Assembly (NCBI GenBank): GCA_013265495.1
Contig: MU057887.1
Coordinates: 3,195,576 to 3,259,575 of the forward strand
Source of the DNA: Vicugna vicugna
Lineage: Eukaryota
DNA: 64,000 nucleotides
Reading direction: 5' to 3'
Within the stretch, counting starts at the first letter, position 1; each line of letters begins with the position of its first letter. Below the pieces are notes generated by a model. The model was given only the letters and a program-made list of their open reading frames with translations. It did no database searches and had not been told where the DNA came from. The position numbers and the translations under genes were made by a program. Positions 33,321 to 46,002 of this stretch are shown one piece after another.

Positions 33321-34314
33321 CTTGGTCTAGGACCTGGGGAGACAGGACTGTGTTTAAATGGACCCCTGGGGCATAACCGTCCAGGAATGTTTTCCAGGAA
33401 GGCCCCCAGGGCTCCAAGTAAGGCCTGGGGGGTGGAAGAAACCTATCGATTGTTTAAAACCCTGACGACTTTCGTGGGGTGTTTGCTGAGGAGGCGGGTG
33501 AGCAGATCAGGATTTACCGCAGTGGCTCCCGTGACTAGCGGAGGTGGGCAGGGCTCACTGTCTGTATTTACAGCCAATGGCCTCATTGGTCTGATGCGAC
33601 GTTTTTTGTTGTCTCCTTTTCCCCTTCTGTCTACAGCATCTCCGGCTGTCCTTGTCCGTGAGCCGTGCGCCGGGGCGGGCCATAGGCTGCCGGGTGGGCG
33701 GGGCTGCGAGGTACCTGGGCTCCTGGTCCCTCCCTCGCTTTTCCCTGCAGCTCTTCCACAACACCCCACCAAGCGCGGCCCTTCAGGAAGAGAGTCTCTT
33801 TCCCGCTCTGACTTCTGCTTCTGAGTCAGGTCTTGGGTTCCGGGCTGAAATTCACTGGCAGGTGAGGAGAGGGCGCCGTGGGACGGCACCTTCTTCCCCT
33901 CCCGGACCCCGTCGCCCACGCACCCGTGCCCTGAGCACCTGCGGCTCCGTCTGCCCTCGGTGGCCCTGGGCTCCCGGCAGTGTGTGTGGGGTGTGACTTA
34001 TGTTTGGGGCTTTCTCCCTTGACACTCAGGTTTATTATGGAAAGGAGGTGCCTGTTCATTCTCTTCTGCATCAGCCCAGTTTTTTCCACCCAGGATTTAA
34101 CATCCGAGGTTCTGGCCGACATGCGTTCAAGTTCACATAGGCCAGGAACCCTGTGTTGCAGGCACCTGAACGGTTCTAGTGTCCTGTTATCCCCTGAATG
34201 GTTCCTGGGCTATTCGGGGCTTAGGGGAGCCCTTAATTGCAGCTCTTGTGCCAGTCAGGACTCTCCAGGGAGACAGAACCAGTCAACCAGCAGGCCAGAG
34301 GGAGAGGTGATGAC

Positions 34315-34356
34315 AGATAGATAGATAGACAGGTAGATAGATAGATAGATAGATAG
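34315..34356 (+). repeat. Interrupted (GATA)n microsatellite inside MLT2
   Basis: agatagatagatagacaggtagatagatagatagatagatag. Confidence 0.95.
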
Positions 34357-34649
34357 GTACTTGCTGGTCACCAGGGATCGGCTCACACAGCTATGGAGGC
34401 CAAGAGGCCCTACGACCCGTCACCTGGAAGCTGAAGGCCCAGGGAGCTGGCGGTGCGACTCAGTCTGAGTGCGGAGGCCTGAGCCCGGGGGAGCCCCGGT
34501 GTAAAGCCCCTCCGTCAGGTGAAGGTAAGATGCCGCAGCTCAGCCGAGGGGCCAGCTCCTCCCTCCCCGGCTCTCGTTCTGTTTGGGCCCCAGACGTGAG
34601 CCCCCTGCGTGGGGACAACGTCTCGTTGCTCAGCCTCCAACACAGGAAA

Positions 34650-35126
34650 TGGGGCGCGAGAGGACGGTGAGTCCCTGGGACGCGCCCCTGCCCGAGTGAG
34701 GGCCCTTGGCTTTGGGCAGGAAAGCATTCAAGAGCGAGCCACGGGGGAGCGAACGTAGATGTATTCAGAGAGGCGCACACGCCGCAGACAGAGCGCAGCC
34801 GTCTCGGCGGGGAGGGCGGCCGCGAGGCGTGGGGGCTAGTTTTAAGGGTTCAGTTATTTCATAAGCTACAAGTGGGGGGGTCATGCCAACCAGTCGGGGG
34901 AGGGGCGGGGACTCCCTGGACTGGGCCGCTGCCCACCTCTTGCCCGTTCACGGTCGGCTCGGGACAGCTGCGGCTCCCATGGGAGTGTCATTCGCGGCGT
35001 TAACACGTCACAGTGAGCGCACAGTGAAGGTCAAGGTCGACTGGCACTGACTCTTCCGCCATCTTGGTGCTCATGTCTGTGCTGTTCCTTGAACGGCTGG
35101 TCCCTGCCCACTTCCCTTCGGTCTCA
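34650..35126 (-). mobile_element. ERV1 solo LTR, MER41-like
   Basis: gagggcccttggc...caggaaagcattcaagagcgagccac...gacagagcgc...ttatttcataagc...ggggcgggga...tcttccgccatcttgg...ccctgcccacttcccttcggtctca; colinear with my recollection of the laurasiatherian MER41-like LTR and ends in CA. Confidence 0.65.
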
Positions 35127-36699
35127 CCCTGACCCTAAGCTCATCCAGAGACACGTCAGACTCACGGAGAAGCGACCCAGGCCAAGCGCCCTGCGGCCCG
35201 ACAGGGTGACACGTGAAGGAAAACCCCAGCTCTCAGCCCAGGTCCCGACTCGAGTCCCACAGTCGTCTGCGCACCAGCTCGGGGGGAGACCGACCCTGGG
35301 GGGCTCCCGGCACTGGGGTCCCGGGAGAGCCATGGGCAGAAGGCGGGGTGTGGACACGGGGAGATGAGGGGGACAAGGAGAGGGCTTGGGAGGAAGTGAG
35401 CCCGCTTTGCTGTGTGAGTTTATGAAATTGCTGTAGTTTTGGCCAAAGAAATTTTTAGTGAAGCAATTTTAAATCAGAATTTTATTTCGAGGCCTCTGAA
35501 TACCAGTTAAACCTGGCGCGCAGGCAGCCCAAGAAATGGTTCTGCTTTTCTCTACAGCACCTCCCCAGTGACCAGCTGTGCTCAGTGTCCGCACAGTGGC
35601 CCCGGGAGACCCACGTGGTCCTTGGTGGAGCCGAGCCATTCAGGAAGATGGGTGCGAGGATTAGGGCCCCTGGGAGCAGGAGACCCCTGGGGGAGACCGG
35701 ATTTGGACCCTGACGTCCAGGCAGGGCTGCTCGTGGACCTGGGACAGTGACTCTCTGGTGCCTTGTGTCTCTGACCCCAGCTGGGTGCCAGCCTGTGGCC
35801 CTGCAGCAGAAAGCCAGAGAGAACCCCGTCTCTGGACCAAAGCCAGGCTCTCAGGGCACAAATCAAGGTGGGAGGCAAACTGGTCCAGTGTGACCAGTGC
35901 CCACAGCGAAGTGTGACAGGTGGACGTGGTCCAGTGAGAAGGGCAGAGCCTCCCATCCACTGAGCCAGCTGGGACCACAGTCTCACACAGCCTGTGCCCG
36001 GGGTCCCCTTGTGAGACGCCGCTTTCCGACGGCACAGCACACAAGGCTCCCACAACAGCAGAACTGCGCGAGAAGGAACGGCCTGATGCCACCAAGGACA
36101 CCAGACGAATGGGACCAACGGCAAACCTGGTGCCAAACTGAGACCAAACGGCCAAGGGCCTCCACCCAGACAACAGAGTTCAGACGGGGCTGACCGACCC
36201 GTCTGCACACAGCAAGGCCATGGGGCCAGGAGCTGGGAGGTCGGGGTCCTGGTGACGGGATGGGCAGAGCTGACCACGTCATGGAGGGACCACCATGAAA
36301 ACCGTGAAGAAAAGCATGACCACCCAAAGACAGAGGCCATTTATCTGAGATGGCGGAAGCCAGGGCGCCAGCCCATTGTGGTGACAGTAGAGACGAGCAG
36401 GCACGAAGGGCAGCTCGGGCGAGCCCTGACCGTGCAGCACACAGAGGCAGGACATCCAGTGTCACTGGTTAGCGGGCAGATTTGCTTTCTCTGGTTGCTC
36501 CTGAGTTGGAAGCAGGAACGAAAATTAGGACAGCAGGGGGTCAGTCCTGGGCCGACGGCGGCAGAGGGACTGGGCGCTGCTCCCTGGGGGCTGGCACCCT
36601 CCTGCCGCGTGTGGTCCGGCGCCGTCCGTCCCGTCTGCGTGTCCACCGTCCTCTGATTTCCCCTCCTGTAACCACAGCAAACGCCGCTGTAGTTTCAAG

Positions 36700-36920
36700 C
36701 AGAAGTGGCACCACCCTCATTAGTTCTATTCACTGTGCATCGTTTCCTAAGCTGCCTCCCGTCTTCACAGGCAGGCGCGCGTCCCGCTTCATGGGGCGCC
36801 GCCCTCAACGCCGTCTCTAGGGGGGCTGATGCTCCATCTGACAAATGAGTCTCACCTAAGACTTAGGTGGTTTCTAATTTCCATTATTATAAACAACCCT
36901 GCAACCAACAACCGATAGCA
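36700..36920 (-). mobile_element. Ancient L1ME-type 3' fragment
   Basis: ttaggtggtttctaatttccattattataaacaaccctgcaaccaac resembles L1ME tttgggttgtttccaatttttggctattataaataatgctgcaatgaac. Confidence 0.4.
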
Positions 36921-37921
36921 GCTCCTTGGCGGCGTCCATGGGCGGATCCGTCAGTCTCTCCGCAGATCCGGGGTCCTGAGCGCGCTGCAGGGCCGTGCTC
37001 ATGGCAGGAGACTGTCAGCTTTCCTTGCATGTGTCCAGACCTCCTCCCCGAAAACAGTGAAAATTTAAGCAGCAGTAGGGGGGTTGCACTTTTCTAAAAG
37101 CTGCGCCGCTGCTGAGTCTAAAGGAGACGAGGAGGACAAGGGCGGAGGTGGCTGTGACGGCTCTGCAGGACTGGAGGGCTCTGCGCTGTTCCCTGTCCCC
37201 TCCTCGGCCACAGCAGCCAGAGAAGACGCCTGCCCACATCCAGGCTCCCAGCTGGACGAAACCCACGTCCTCCGCCCTGTCCGGACCCCACCTCCCTGGG
37301 TGCTCCGCCCAGCCCTCAGCATTTCACCCCGTCTGCCCCAGTCTCACCGGCTGCCCCCAGCAAGACAGCTCACCCCTTGGGGTCTCTGCTCTGAGCTCTC
37401 TGTGCCCCGTCCCCGCGCCCCGACCTCCCTCCATCCAGCTGCTCAGATGAGAGGGCTGCATGCCAGATGTTTATTTTGTCCTCAACATCCAGCCCAGTGA
37501 AAATCTTTTTAGATTTCATCATTTAAATGTCAGTTGTGGGGCCTGCTTCCTGCTCCCCCAGGGAATCCACATGCGGGGGGTGGGGGGCAGGAGGTCAGCA
37601 GGTGCCTCTTGCCAGCCGCACCGCTGGTGCGAAGCCGGGGGAGGAGCACCCGGACGGACGGCTGCCGGGTCAAAGGGTGAACGGGTGAGGGGATGGACCA
37701 GGGTGCCCTCTGCTCATTCTCTGTTAGAGCAGGAACCCCTCCCCTTCCTTTGAGCTGCAAGAGCCTTTGCCTCCGCGATGCTTAACCCCTTCCTGACGGC
37801 GCAGCTGCTTCTTTGTTGCCTGCAGTGGGATTATTTTAGGCGTCTTGAGACTCCATTTGTTTGCACGCCCGAGTCAGATATGCCAGAAATATCCACTGTT
37901 TTCTGCCTTTGATTCCACTCT

Positions 37922-38215
37922 CTTTTTAACTGACGTAGAGTCGATGTACAGATTTACCACGCGGGGTCAGTTTCTGGTGCCCAGCATCGTGTCTCAGTCA
38001 TACGCACACACACCTATGTTCCTCTCCATGGTCTTTTTCATTGTAGGTCACTGCAAGGTACTGAATATAGTTCCCTGTGCTGCACAGAAAAAACCCGTTG
38101 TTTGTCTATTTTATACATAGCAGTTAGTGTCTGCAGATCTCAGCCTCGGTTTATCCCTTCCCACCCCTTTGCCTTCTGTGTCTTTGAGTCTGTTTCTGTT
38201 TTGTAAATATGACTC
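37922..38215 (-). mobile_element. L1 3' UTR fragment (artiodactyl-type)
   Basis: tttttaactgacgtagagtcgatgtacag...ctgaatatagttccctgtgctgcacag...ttgtttgtctattttatacatagcag...gagtctgtttctgttttgtaaat. Confidence 0.75.
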
Positions 38216-38764
38216 CATTCTTAACACGAAATTGCCACCACAAAGGTTGAATCAATAGTCATGTCTCTTTCCTGATCTCTTTGTTTACACTAAGATCGTT
38301 AATCCTGTCGAGATTTGCTCAAGAATGTAGAGCAGGGTGACCTCTCCTTCCGGAGTTTATCTGTATCCAGCCCCACTCTGCCTGGCTGAGTCGGCCATCC
38401 TTCCCTGCACCTGCGGCACAGAGCGGGTCCAACACCTGAGCCCCCAGCGTGCTCCCCCCTCCCTCGCCAGGCGGACCCTGCGCATCCACTTCTGCCCACG
38501 GCCAGTCTCCGGGGCTCTGTTTCTCTGGGACCCTGTGTGTCTGCAGGTGGCCACCCCCGTCCCACCCAGGTGCGAGCACAGATGCCAGTGGGGCTCGCAG
38601 CTGCCGCGTCATCCTGGACCCAAAGTCAAACCCCATAGCAGCTCCTGGACGGCACGTTCCTCTTAGACTACAAAGCACACAGACCACAGCCAAAATCCCA
38701 CAGCCAACCCGCCCTCCGAGCACACGACCGTCCTTCACGAAGACCCCGGGACCTTCAGAAAGAA

Positions 38765-39153
38765 GCTTCCCTGAGCCCTGGGTGGGGGCTTCCCTGAGCC
38801 CTGGAGGGGGGGCTTCCCTGAGCCCTGGCTGGGGGCTTCCCTGAGCCCTGGGTTGGGGGGCTTCCCTGAGCCCTGGGTGGGGGACTCCCTGAGCCCTGGG
38901 TGGGGGACTCCCTGAGCCCTGGGTTGGGGGGCTTCCCTGAGCCCTGGGTGGGGCTCCCACCTCCCTCCCGTGTGCACCGACACCGAGGAGGGGGCTTGGC
39001 CTGGGTCTTGGGTAGGGTGGGAACCTCCCTGAGCCCTGGGTGGGGGCTTCCCTGAGCCCTGGGTTGGGGGGCTTCCCTGAGCCCTGGGTGGGGCTCCCAC
39101 CTCCCTCCCGTGTGCACCGACACCGAGGAGGGGGCTTGGCCTGGGTCTTGGGT
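38765..39153. repeat. GC-rich minisatellite (VNTR) with higher-order duplication
   Basis: 11 copies of a 22-25 bp unit C(T)TCCCTGAGCCCTGGGT(T)GGGGG(G/A), arranged as 8 units + 60-bp spacer (38954-39013) + 3 units + identical 60-bp spacer (39094-39153); 140-bp super-period. Confidence 0.97.
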
Positions 39154-40099
39154 CTCCATGAAGCGGACTTCCATGCAGAACCGTGACTTCAGGGCCACTT
39201 CCCTCCCGTGGGAGGGAGAGTCATCGCCACTCATCACCCGTAGGAGGGGCGCCTCCTGCCCGTGGGTGTCGGCCGCGGCGCTGGGCCGCAGAAGGCGGGC
39301 AGGCCGAGCCCCCGTGCCTGACAGGAGTGTGGGGCTTGTGCCCGGCGGGGGGTCCTCTCCCCAGAGCCACGGGCGCTGCAAGGGCTGCTCCCGCCGCAGA
39401 CGGGGCAGAGGCCGCCTCCAGCGGCCAGGCCTCCCGGAAGTGAGACGTCCTCGCTGGGGCTTGTTCGTTTGAGAAACGCCTGGGAGGTTGTGTGAAAGCA
39501 AACTGTGAAGCTGTGTGGAACCATGTCCTCGCTGAAAGTGTGACTCGCTGAGTCCGTCATCTCTGTCCTCCCCCGCCCCCGGAGACCGGCGCCTCTCCCG
39601 CCTTCACAGTGACGTGGATCCAGTGGACGGAGCCCTGGACCGGGGCCTGGGACCTCTGTCATGTGACCAGCCAGGGACTCTGAAACGCCTGTCACTGCGC
39701 TTGGACGCTGGTGAGGAGGGGACTTACTTCAGGCCCACCATCCTTTCTGGAAACTGATCACAGACGACAGCGGCCAGAGCTTTGTGAGGAAAACCGTGGA
39801 CTCAAGTCAGGAGCTATTAGGCTGGGTGACACCTAACTCCTCCTTCTGCTGCAAATTCTGTCTTTACAAAGGAAAATACCTCCATTCATGATTTCAACTC
39901 TTACATTTCTTATTTTCTTCTCAAGTTTTCTGGGGTCCCAGTTGACTTCAATCTAATACATGTATTATTGATGGAGAACACAATAAATTTCAACCTTCAA
40001 ACACTTATTTTAAACTAAGAACCATTGGATCTTGGGCAAAATCTTTAACTGTCCTCCACATTCTAGTCACAGCTTTAAAGAGGCCAATGTAGATGTACC

Positions 40100-40480
40100 T
40101 GTCAGTGCTGCCACAGCAGTGGTGCGTAACAAACTACCCCCAACCCAGCAGTTCCTGTAAGACGTGCTTATTCATGCTGACAAGTCTACAAGGCGACTGC
40201 AGAGGGACTGGTCCAAACCGACCGACCCAGGCTGCAGAGCTGAGGGCCGGGATCACATCTGCTTCATGGGGACCATGCTGTGTCCCAGGCAGAAGGGGCA
40301 GAGCCACCTGGGGCCTGATCACAGGACCCCAAGGTCTCCAGGGCCAGGCCGTGTAAGCACACTGGCACAACTCATGCCCTTTGACACTCAGTTGGCCGCG
40401 GCAGACACCTGGCCAAGCCCACACTTACTAAGGTGGGAAAACGCTTTCCAGGGACATCAGCAGGAAAAGGGTTTAAATGT
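40100..40480 (-). mobile_element. Old MaLR LTR (MLT1J/K-like)
   Basis: gtgcgtaacaaactacccccaacccagc...actggcacaactcatgccc...cagttggccgcggcagacacctggccaagcccac...ggtgggaaaa matches antisense old MLT1. Confidence 0.6.
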
Positions 40481-41747
40481 TTGCAGAATAACTGGATGTG
40501 ATGCACCCACAGGAGAATCAGGTTTAAAACACCTGAAAAAGAAATTACTGTTAAGGAAGCAACCGTGGGCTGGTTGAACCCTGTTCGTGCAAGCTCTGAC
40601 CCGACGTCTCGTGCAGGGAGACACGGACTGGGGGCAACTTGCCAGCGTCTGCAGAGCACACCGCGGCTCCTCCCGTCTGCACCTCGCGGTCTGACGCTTT
40701 CCTCACAGGGCGAAACAAAACCTCCGTGCAAGCCAGGAATCTTCATACATTTGTGAAATTATTACTACTGTCATGTACGTATTAATTTTGATATTATTAT
40801 TAATAACCACGTAAGTTCTACTGGTGTGGTCCCTGCAACATTTTTATTTATAAATTTGTTTATGAATTTGCCAGTTGATCTCTAAATAGGGTTAGGGTTC
40901 ACACCGCTGGGGAAAAATTAGCTCCACATCAGCGATCCGACATGAAAATGTTCTGGCGAAAGCCGCGGGCGAACCCCTCACAGTGCTCAGGAGACGCCAG
41001 GGCTGAGCCGGGAGCGCTCAGTCCCTCGTTACTGAGTCTCTGGAAACGGTTCGCAGCTCCACGGCTGAGGGGTGCTTCGCCGGGGCCGTGTCCTCCTCCG
41101 TGCCGCAGTGTGGTCTTCGCGTCGCTGACCGGACCACCTCAGAAACCAGCCTGTCTGCCCTCCACCCGCTGCCAGAAACGAGAGTTTGAGTTCAGTTATT
41201 CCAAAACAAAAACGGACATTTTGCGGGTGAATCCTTCAGCGTTTAGCTGGACCGTATCGGGCACCCCTGCGCAGAGGGTCCGCTCCGTCAGTCCCCAGGG
41301 CCCCTGTCCCAGCAGCTCACCTGCAGCCACGCACCCCCACCTCCGCGCTCACAGCGTCTTCATCATCCGTACGTACAGTTTTCCATTTGAATCACTCACT
41401 TTTTCCCCCGAATACTTCTATTTTGAAGGAAGAAGTTACAGGTTGGAAGGCTGGTTATATTTTTTACAATACCTTTAAGATATAAGCATTAAAATTAAAA
41501 AATGATAGTCCCTGTGCCACCACAACCATCCCACATGCCCCACTTCCTCGTCTGCGGACGGGCTGAGGGTGCTCAGCGCGGGGCGGCCCTGGGCTGCGGG
41601 GGCCGTGCCCCTGCCCTGCCCCTGGGACGTGCTGGACGCCGGTCGCTGCTCTTGCATCAGTGCCAGATCGGCCTCTGTTCCTGGCCTTCCAGCCCGATGC
41701 TCAGCTGCGCCCGGCAGGCACGCTCGGGTCCTGCTCTCCCAGGTTGC

Positions 41748-41780
41748 GGTCCCTGGGTCCCTGGGTCCCTGGGTCCCTGG
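41748..41780. repeat. Short tandem repeat (GGTCCCTG)x4
   Basis: Four perfect 8-bp copies. Confidence 0.95.
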
Positions 41781-43494
41781 CCTGTCCTGGCCACAGTCAC
41801 AGCTCACAGCTATCCAGCCGGCACACTCTCGGGCGGCTGGGCCCTGCACCCACGTTTACTCACTTAGCGCTTGTCCACCGCGCAGCAGGAGCGGCAGGCA
41901 GGGAGGTTATGAAGCTGCTGCAGGTCCCCGGAGTCCACGGTGAGGAAGGCGCCCAGGAACGTGCGCTGGGGGCGAGAAGGAGCCAGCAGGTGCCACGCAG
42001 CCACCGGGCAGCCATCCAGAAGCTGACCCGGGGAAGGAGGTCTGAGAGGGGCCACCTTTCTGTAAAGCGGCAGGCTCGTTTCACTGTGGCCCTTAAAGGC
42101 GGTCCCCTCCTGTCTTCCCTCTGCGGGGTCAGGCCAGGAGCCCCCTGTCCCGGGTCGTGAGGGGTTGGGGGGTGCCTGACCTTTTCTCATACGACAGTCA
42201 GGGAGAACTGGGAGAAGGTGGGGGGGTGGGAATTGCTAAGACTTAACAGAAGTAGCTCCCGTTTCGCTGGTCCAGCCGGGTGGGTGGGCCAGATCTGCGC
42301 AGCCTTCTCTCCTTTGCAGCCCGCTGGTAGCTCGTCTGGGACGTGGGCGCACAGACGGGGGCCAGCCACGTTGTCCTCGCCTCTGGCTCTGGGGAGGCTT
42401 TTCCTGTTCACTGCGTGTTTTCGGCTGACACACTGGCCCCCACTCTACACGGTGCACAGTTTGCACACGTCCGCAGCCCCAGCCCCAGCCCATCCCTACA
42501 CGGCCCCCTCCCCTTGGGCCACACTGACCAGCTCAGACACCCAGGAGCCCTGGATCTCCTGGCAGACCCTCAGGGTCCCTCTGGGACGTCCCAGGAGAGC
42601 TCTCGGACCTCTGCGCCCTGCTCTCACGCAGACGCCCGCGTCCCCGTGCCCGCCCAGTGCCCGCAGCGCCGTCCTGGGGCCGAGACGTGGCCTCTCCCTC
42701 TTGGGCTCTTGTGGGTCGTGCATGCCTCCGAGGACTGGCGAGCCGACAGGCGGGGTGTGTGGGGACGCTGTGGTTTGCCTCCGCGTTCCGCTGGGCGCTG
42801 GCTTTTCCTTTCTGGATGCGGTGCTCCTGGTGCCATCTAGGCAGGATCCCTCACAGTGTTGGATATTGTAATATTTCCTCTCTCCTCTCGTCTGAGCAAA
42901 GCATCGCTCACCGAAGGTGAGCCCTGAGGTCTGATACAGACCCTGAGATTTGACTTCTCCCACCCCGGGCGGCGGTGAATCTCTCCCGACCCTGAGGCAC
43001 CAGGGATGTCTGTCTGCTTGTCCCGCTGTCGCTTCTAACGCTCCGCCTCTCACGTTCACTCTGCGTCCACCCGACACTGTCTTGCATGTGGGGTGTTGGG
43101 GAATCCAGCTTCCTCTCCCCCCATACAGTGCGTCTTCCCCCACAGCGTCTCTATAGAGCCTCCTTCGCCTCATTAACTGGGTTCCATCCAGCTCCCCAGG
43201 TGCCTGGCTTTGCACTAAGGCCACTGTAGCCATTACCGCCGCCTCCTCCTTCACCCTCACCCTGACCCTGGGGCTTTACCACTCGGCAGGGCCAGCCTTC
43301 CCGCCTGGTCCTTCTGCTGTCACAGCTGACCATGCCCCTCCCCTCCCAGAGGGATGACTCAGCAGTGACACGACCCAGCCCCAGAGCAGAGATGCGATAC
43401 TGATGTGACCTGCGCGACGAAGCCCCGGATGGTACAGACTGTTAAAAAGAGGAGGCCGTGATGGTGGTTCCTGGAAACGGGCAGGTATCAGCCC

Positions 43495-43640
43495 GTTCAT
43501 TTAATAAAATTATACTGACACCTACTACATGCCCAGAGACAAAGCTGTACCAAAACTGCGAGACGCGCTCTCGGCCAGCTTGTCTAGGCTCCGTGGGGCA
43601 GAGAGGGGACCGGGGACAGGTGGGGAGAGGGCATGTGGCG
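43495..43640 (-). mobile_element. L2 3' end fragment
   Basis: ttcatttaataaaattatactgacacctactacatgcccag resembles L2 ttcattcaacaaatatttattgagcacctactatgtgccag. Confidence 0.45.
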
Positions 43641-43729
43641 ATGGAAGAGGCGGCTCAGGGTGCCCGGAAGAACTCGTCCGCGACTTCACGTTCTCTCTGA
43701 AGCTCCAACGGCTCCTGGTGCCAGACGTC

Positions 43730-43970
43730 CTGCACTAACTTATTTATGGCTCTAAAACTGGCGCTTGGCTGGGCCGCGACCTGCCGCCGGCCGCGGGCTC
43801 CGCCGTGCCCCTGGGCTAATTTCCGGGGCCCTGCCTCATCTGGAACACTTTGAACGGCCTCTAAACTGCTTCATTTATTAAGCGTTCACCAGCGGAATGG
43901 AAGACAGGACGACTGACTTCAGTGAAAGGTTTTTATCTTTCCTAAAATCTTGGTAGAAAACACCCCATAG
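43730..43970. promoter_or_regulatory. Putative enhancer-like element
   Basis: TTATTTATGG and CATTTATTAAG (posterior HOX/CDX-like) and CTAATT motifs flanking a CpG-rich core; not a recognised repeat. Confidence 0.25.
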
Positions 43971-44404
43971 TGATTGTGTGTCCAGGCTAGTCGGGGGAGG
44001 GGGGCGGGGGAGATGTGCACGTTCCGTGGGACGGCGGGACCAAGCCAAGCGCGGGGCTGCCGGTGCCGGGGGCCGGAGGCTGGGGAGCTGGGCGTCTCCC
44101 CCTCCCTCCGTCGGGCCCCCCGGGCCCTCCCAGGGGTTCGCACTGAGCAGCCGTCACCCATCACGGTCCGGAGCCCAGCACAGGGGCCGCAGCTGCCCTG
44201 GGCTGGCCGGGGACTCGGCTCCTGTTGACTGGGGGGCGGGGGGCGTCTGACACGCACACGGGCGCCTGGAGTCCCAGGCGTCCTCTCCGGCGGCACATGT
44301 AAACCGAGTGCCCAGCGCTTAGCTGCTGCTGCCAAGCCCCTAACAGCAGACTTATTATCCACGTGCTCCTTCATTAGGAGTTTGAAAAAGGAAAAACATT
44401 GTAT

Positions 44405-45140
44405 TGTGAAATAACAGGAAAGGCACTCACTGGTCTCTGCCCCTGGCTCCCCGCGCAGGGCTCTTAAACCCCTGGGACTTCCTGGCTGATAGAACATGTT
44501 CTGCTCTGGGCCCCTGGGTGGGGACTGGTGGTCACAGGAGAGACCACGCCAGGATGAAAAGCTTGGAGCTTTCAGCCCCCCGCCCCGGCCCTCCAGGACG
44601 GCCGGAGACCGAGTTACTGAGGGATGGTGTCCTCGTGGCGAATCCCCGGGCACAGGGCTCGGGGAGCTTCCAGGTCAGCGGACACGGCCTCGAGCTGGGA
44701 GGGTGGTCGCCCGACTCCAGGGGCACAGGGGCTCCCGCACTCAGGGCCCCCGGCCCCCGCCCTGTGTGTCCTCTCCTGGCTGTTCAGCTGTGTCCTTTGC
44801 AGGTAACAAACCCCAAATGTCAGTACGTGTCTCCTGAGCTCCATGAGCCACCCCATCACCTTACCAGACCCAAGGCGGGCGTCACGGGAGCCTGACTTCA
44901 GCCAAGTGGACAGAGGTTGTGGTGACCTGGGGACGGGCATCTGCAGTGGGGCTCAGTCTTGCGGGGTCTGACAGTGCCTCCAGGTGGCTGGCGTCAGAAC
45001 CGCGTCGGCTGTGGAAAACCCAGCGGGTGTCACAGAATTGCTTGGTGGGGAAAACCCACAACCCTGGTGTCAGAAGCTTGTGCGTGTGGCAGGCGTGAGA
45101 GTACAGGGCACACAGGAGGAGCACTGAGGTTCCTAAAGCA
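44405..45140 (+). mobile_element. MER21C-like solo LTR
   Basis: tggtctctgcccctggctcc...aaacccctgggacttcctggctgatag...ctttcagcccccc...ggagagc-like cttccagg...ctgagctccatgagcc...ggggctcagtcttgcggggtctgacagtgcctccaggtggctggcgtcagaa...ctggtgtcagaag, colinear with the recalled MER21C consensus. Confidence 0.72.
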
Positions 45141-46002
45141 TCTGTGCTTCCCATCAACTACCAAGCAGCACATACCGTTTATGACCACGCTTTCTAACTT
45201 TCATTTCAAATTCAAAAGCACGCAACAGCTGAAATCATGCAGGTCTGAAAAGGGGAAGGTGGAGACGCGCGGTTGGCTGGCCTCCGCAGGCGGTGCTGGG
45301 GTGTTTCCAAACCCAGACGCTCTTTGCCGGAGGCTCCAGAGGGACTAGTTACGAGAAGGGTTAATTTTCACACACGCAGACACGATACTGCTCAAATGGC
45401 CAGACGTCAAAAATGTCAGCTAACTTGAAATGTTTTTCTCCCTGAAAGATAACTCACACACCATAAAATTCAGCCTCTGAAGAAGCGTGCGGCCCAGTGC
45501 TGTCTGTCGTGGCTGCTGCAGCTCGGCAGTGAGTTTGGAAGTGGGGTTGCAGTCTCCCAACTCCGTTCTTCTTTGTCAGGACTGGCTGGGCTACTTGAAT
45601 TTCTGCAGGAGTTTTAGAAGCAGTTTGCCTATTTTGTCAAAGAAGCAGCTGAGATCTGACAGGAGCTGGGCTGCGTCTGCTGGTCAGCTGGGGAGATTCA
45701 GCTTCGTTGCTTTTTCCCGTGGCTTTCTGTCCACTTTTCATGTGTTTCCTCACTGAGTTGTTTCCTTTCCTCTGCTTATTCTGGCTGTAACCTGATCTTA
45801 AAGTGGGAGATTAGGTCATCGATTGGAGATCTTCCTTCTCTGCAATGTTGGCATTTACAGCTATGAATTTGCCTCTGTGTGCTGCTTTAGCTGCTAGATC
45901 TCAGCTGGCTTCTGTGAAGAAATGGACAAACGGCACCTCCTAAGTTTCAGGATGTGACTTTTTGCTCTGATTTATCTTAAAGCATTTTCTGATTTCATTT
46001 GC

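Larger units (their letters stand above)
34247..35232 (-). mobile_element. MLT2 LTR split by a nested LTR insertion (arms about 34247-34650 and 35135-35232)
   Basis: Left arm tgtgccagtcaggactctccagggagacagaaccag...; right arm aagctcatccagagacac...gcggcccgacagggtgacacgtgaagg resumes the antisense MLT2 consensus where the left arm stops. Confidence 0.7.

Noticed and set aside
36853-36869. CACCTAAG-A-CTTAGGTG palindrome
   Set aside because: About one 8-bp-arm palindrome per spacer length is expected in 64 kb, and it lies within an L1 remnant.
38765-39153. Repeat array as a CRISPR locus
   Set aside because: Units are head-to-tail with no unique spacers, the two 60-bp inserts are identical, and the DNA is mammalian with no cas genes.
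40887-40899. TAGGGTTAGGGTT (also CCCTCA/CCCTGA runs near 43255) as interstitial telomere sequence
   Set aside because: Only two to three units, which is within chance.
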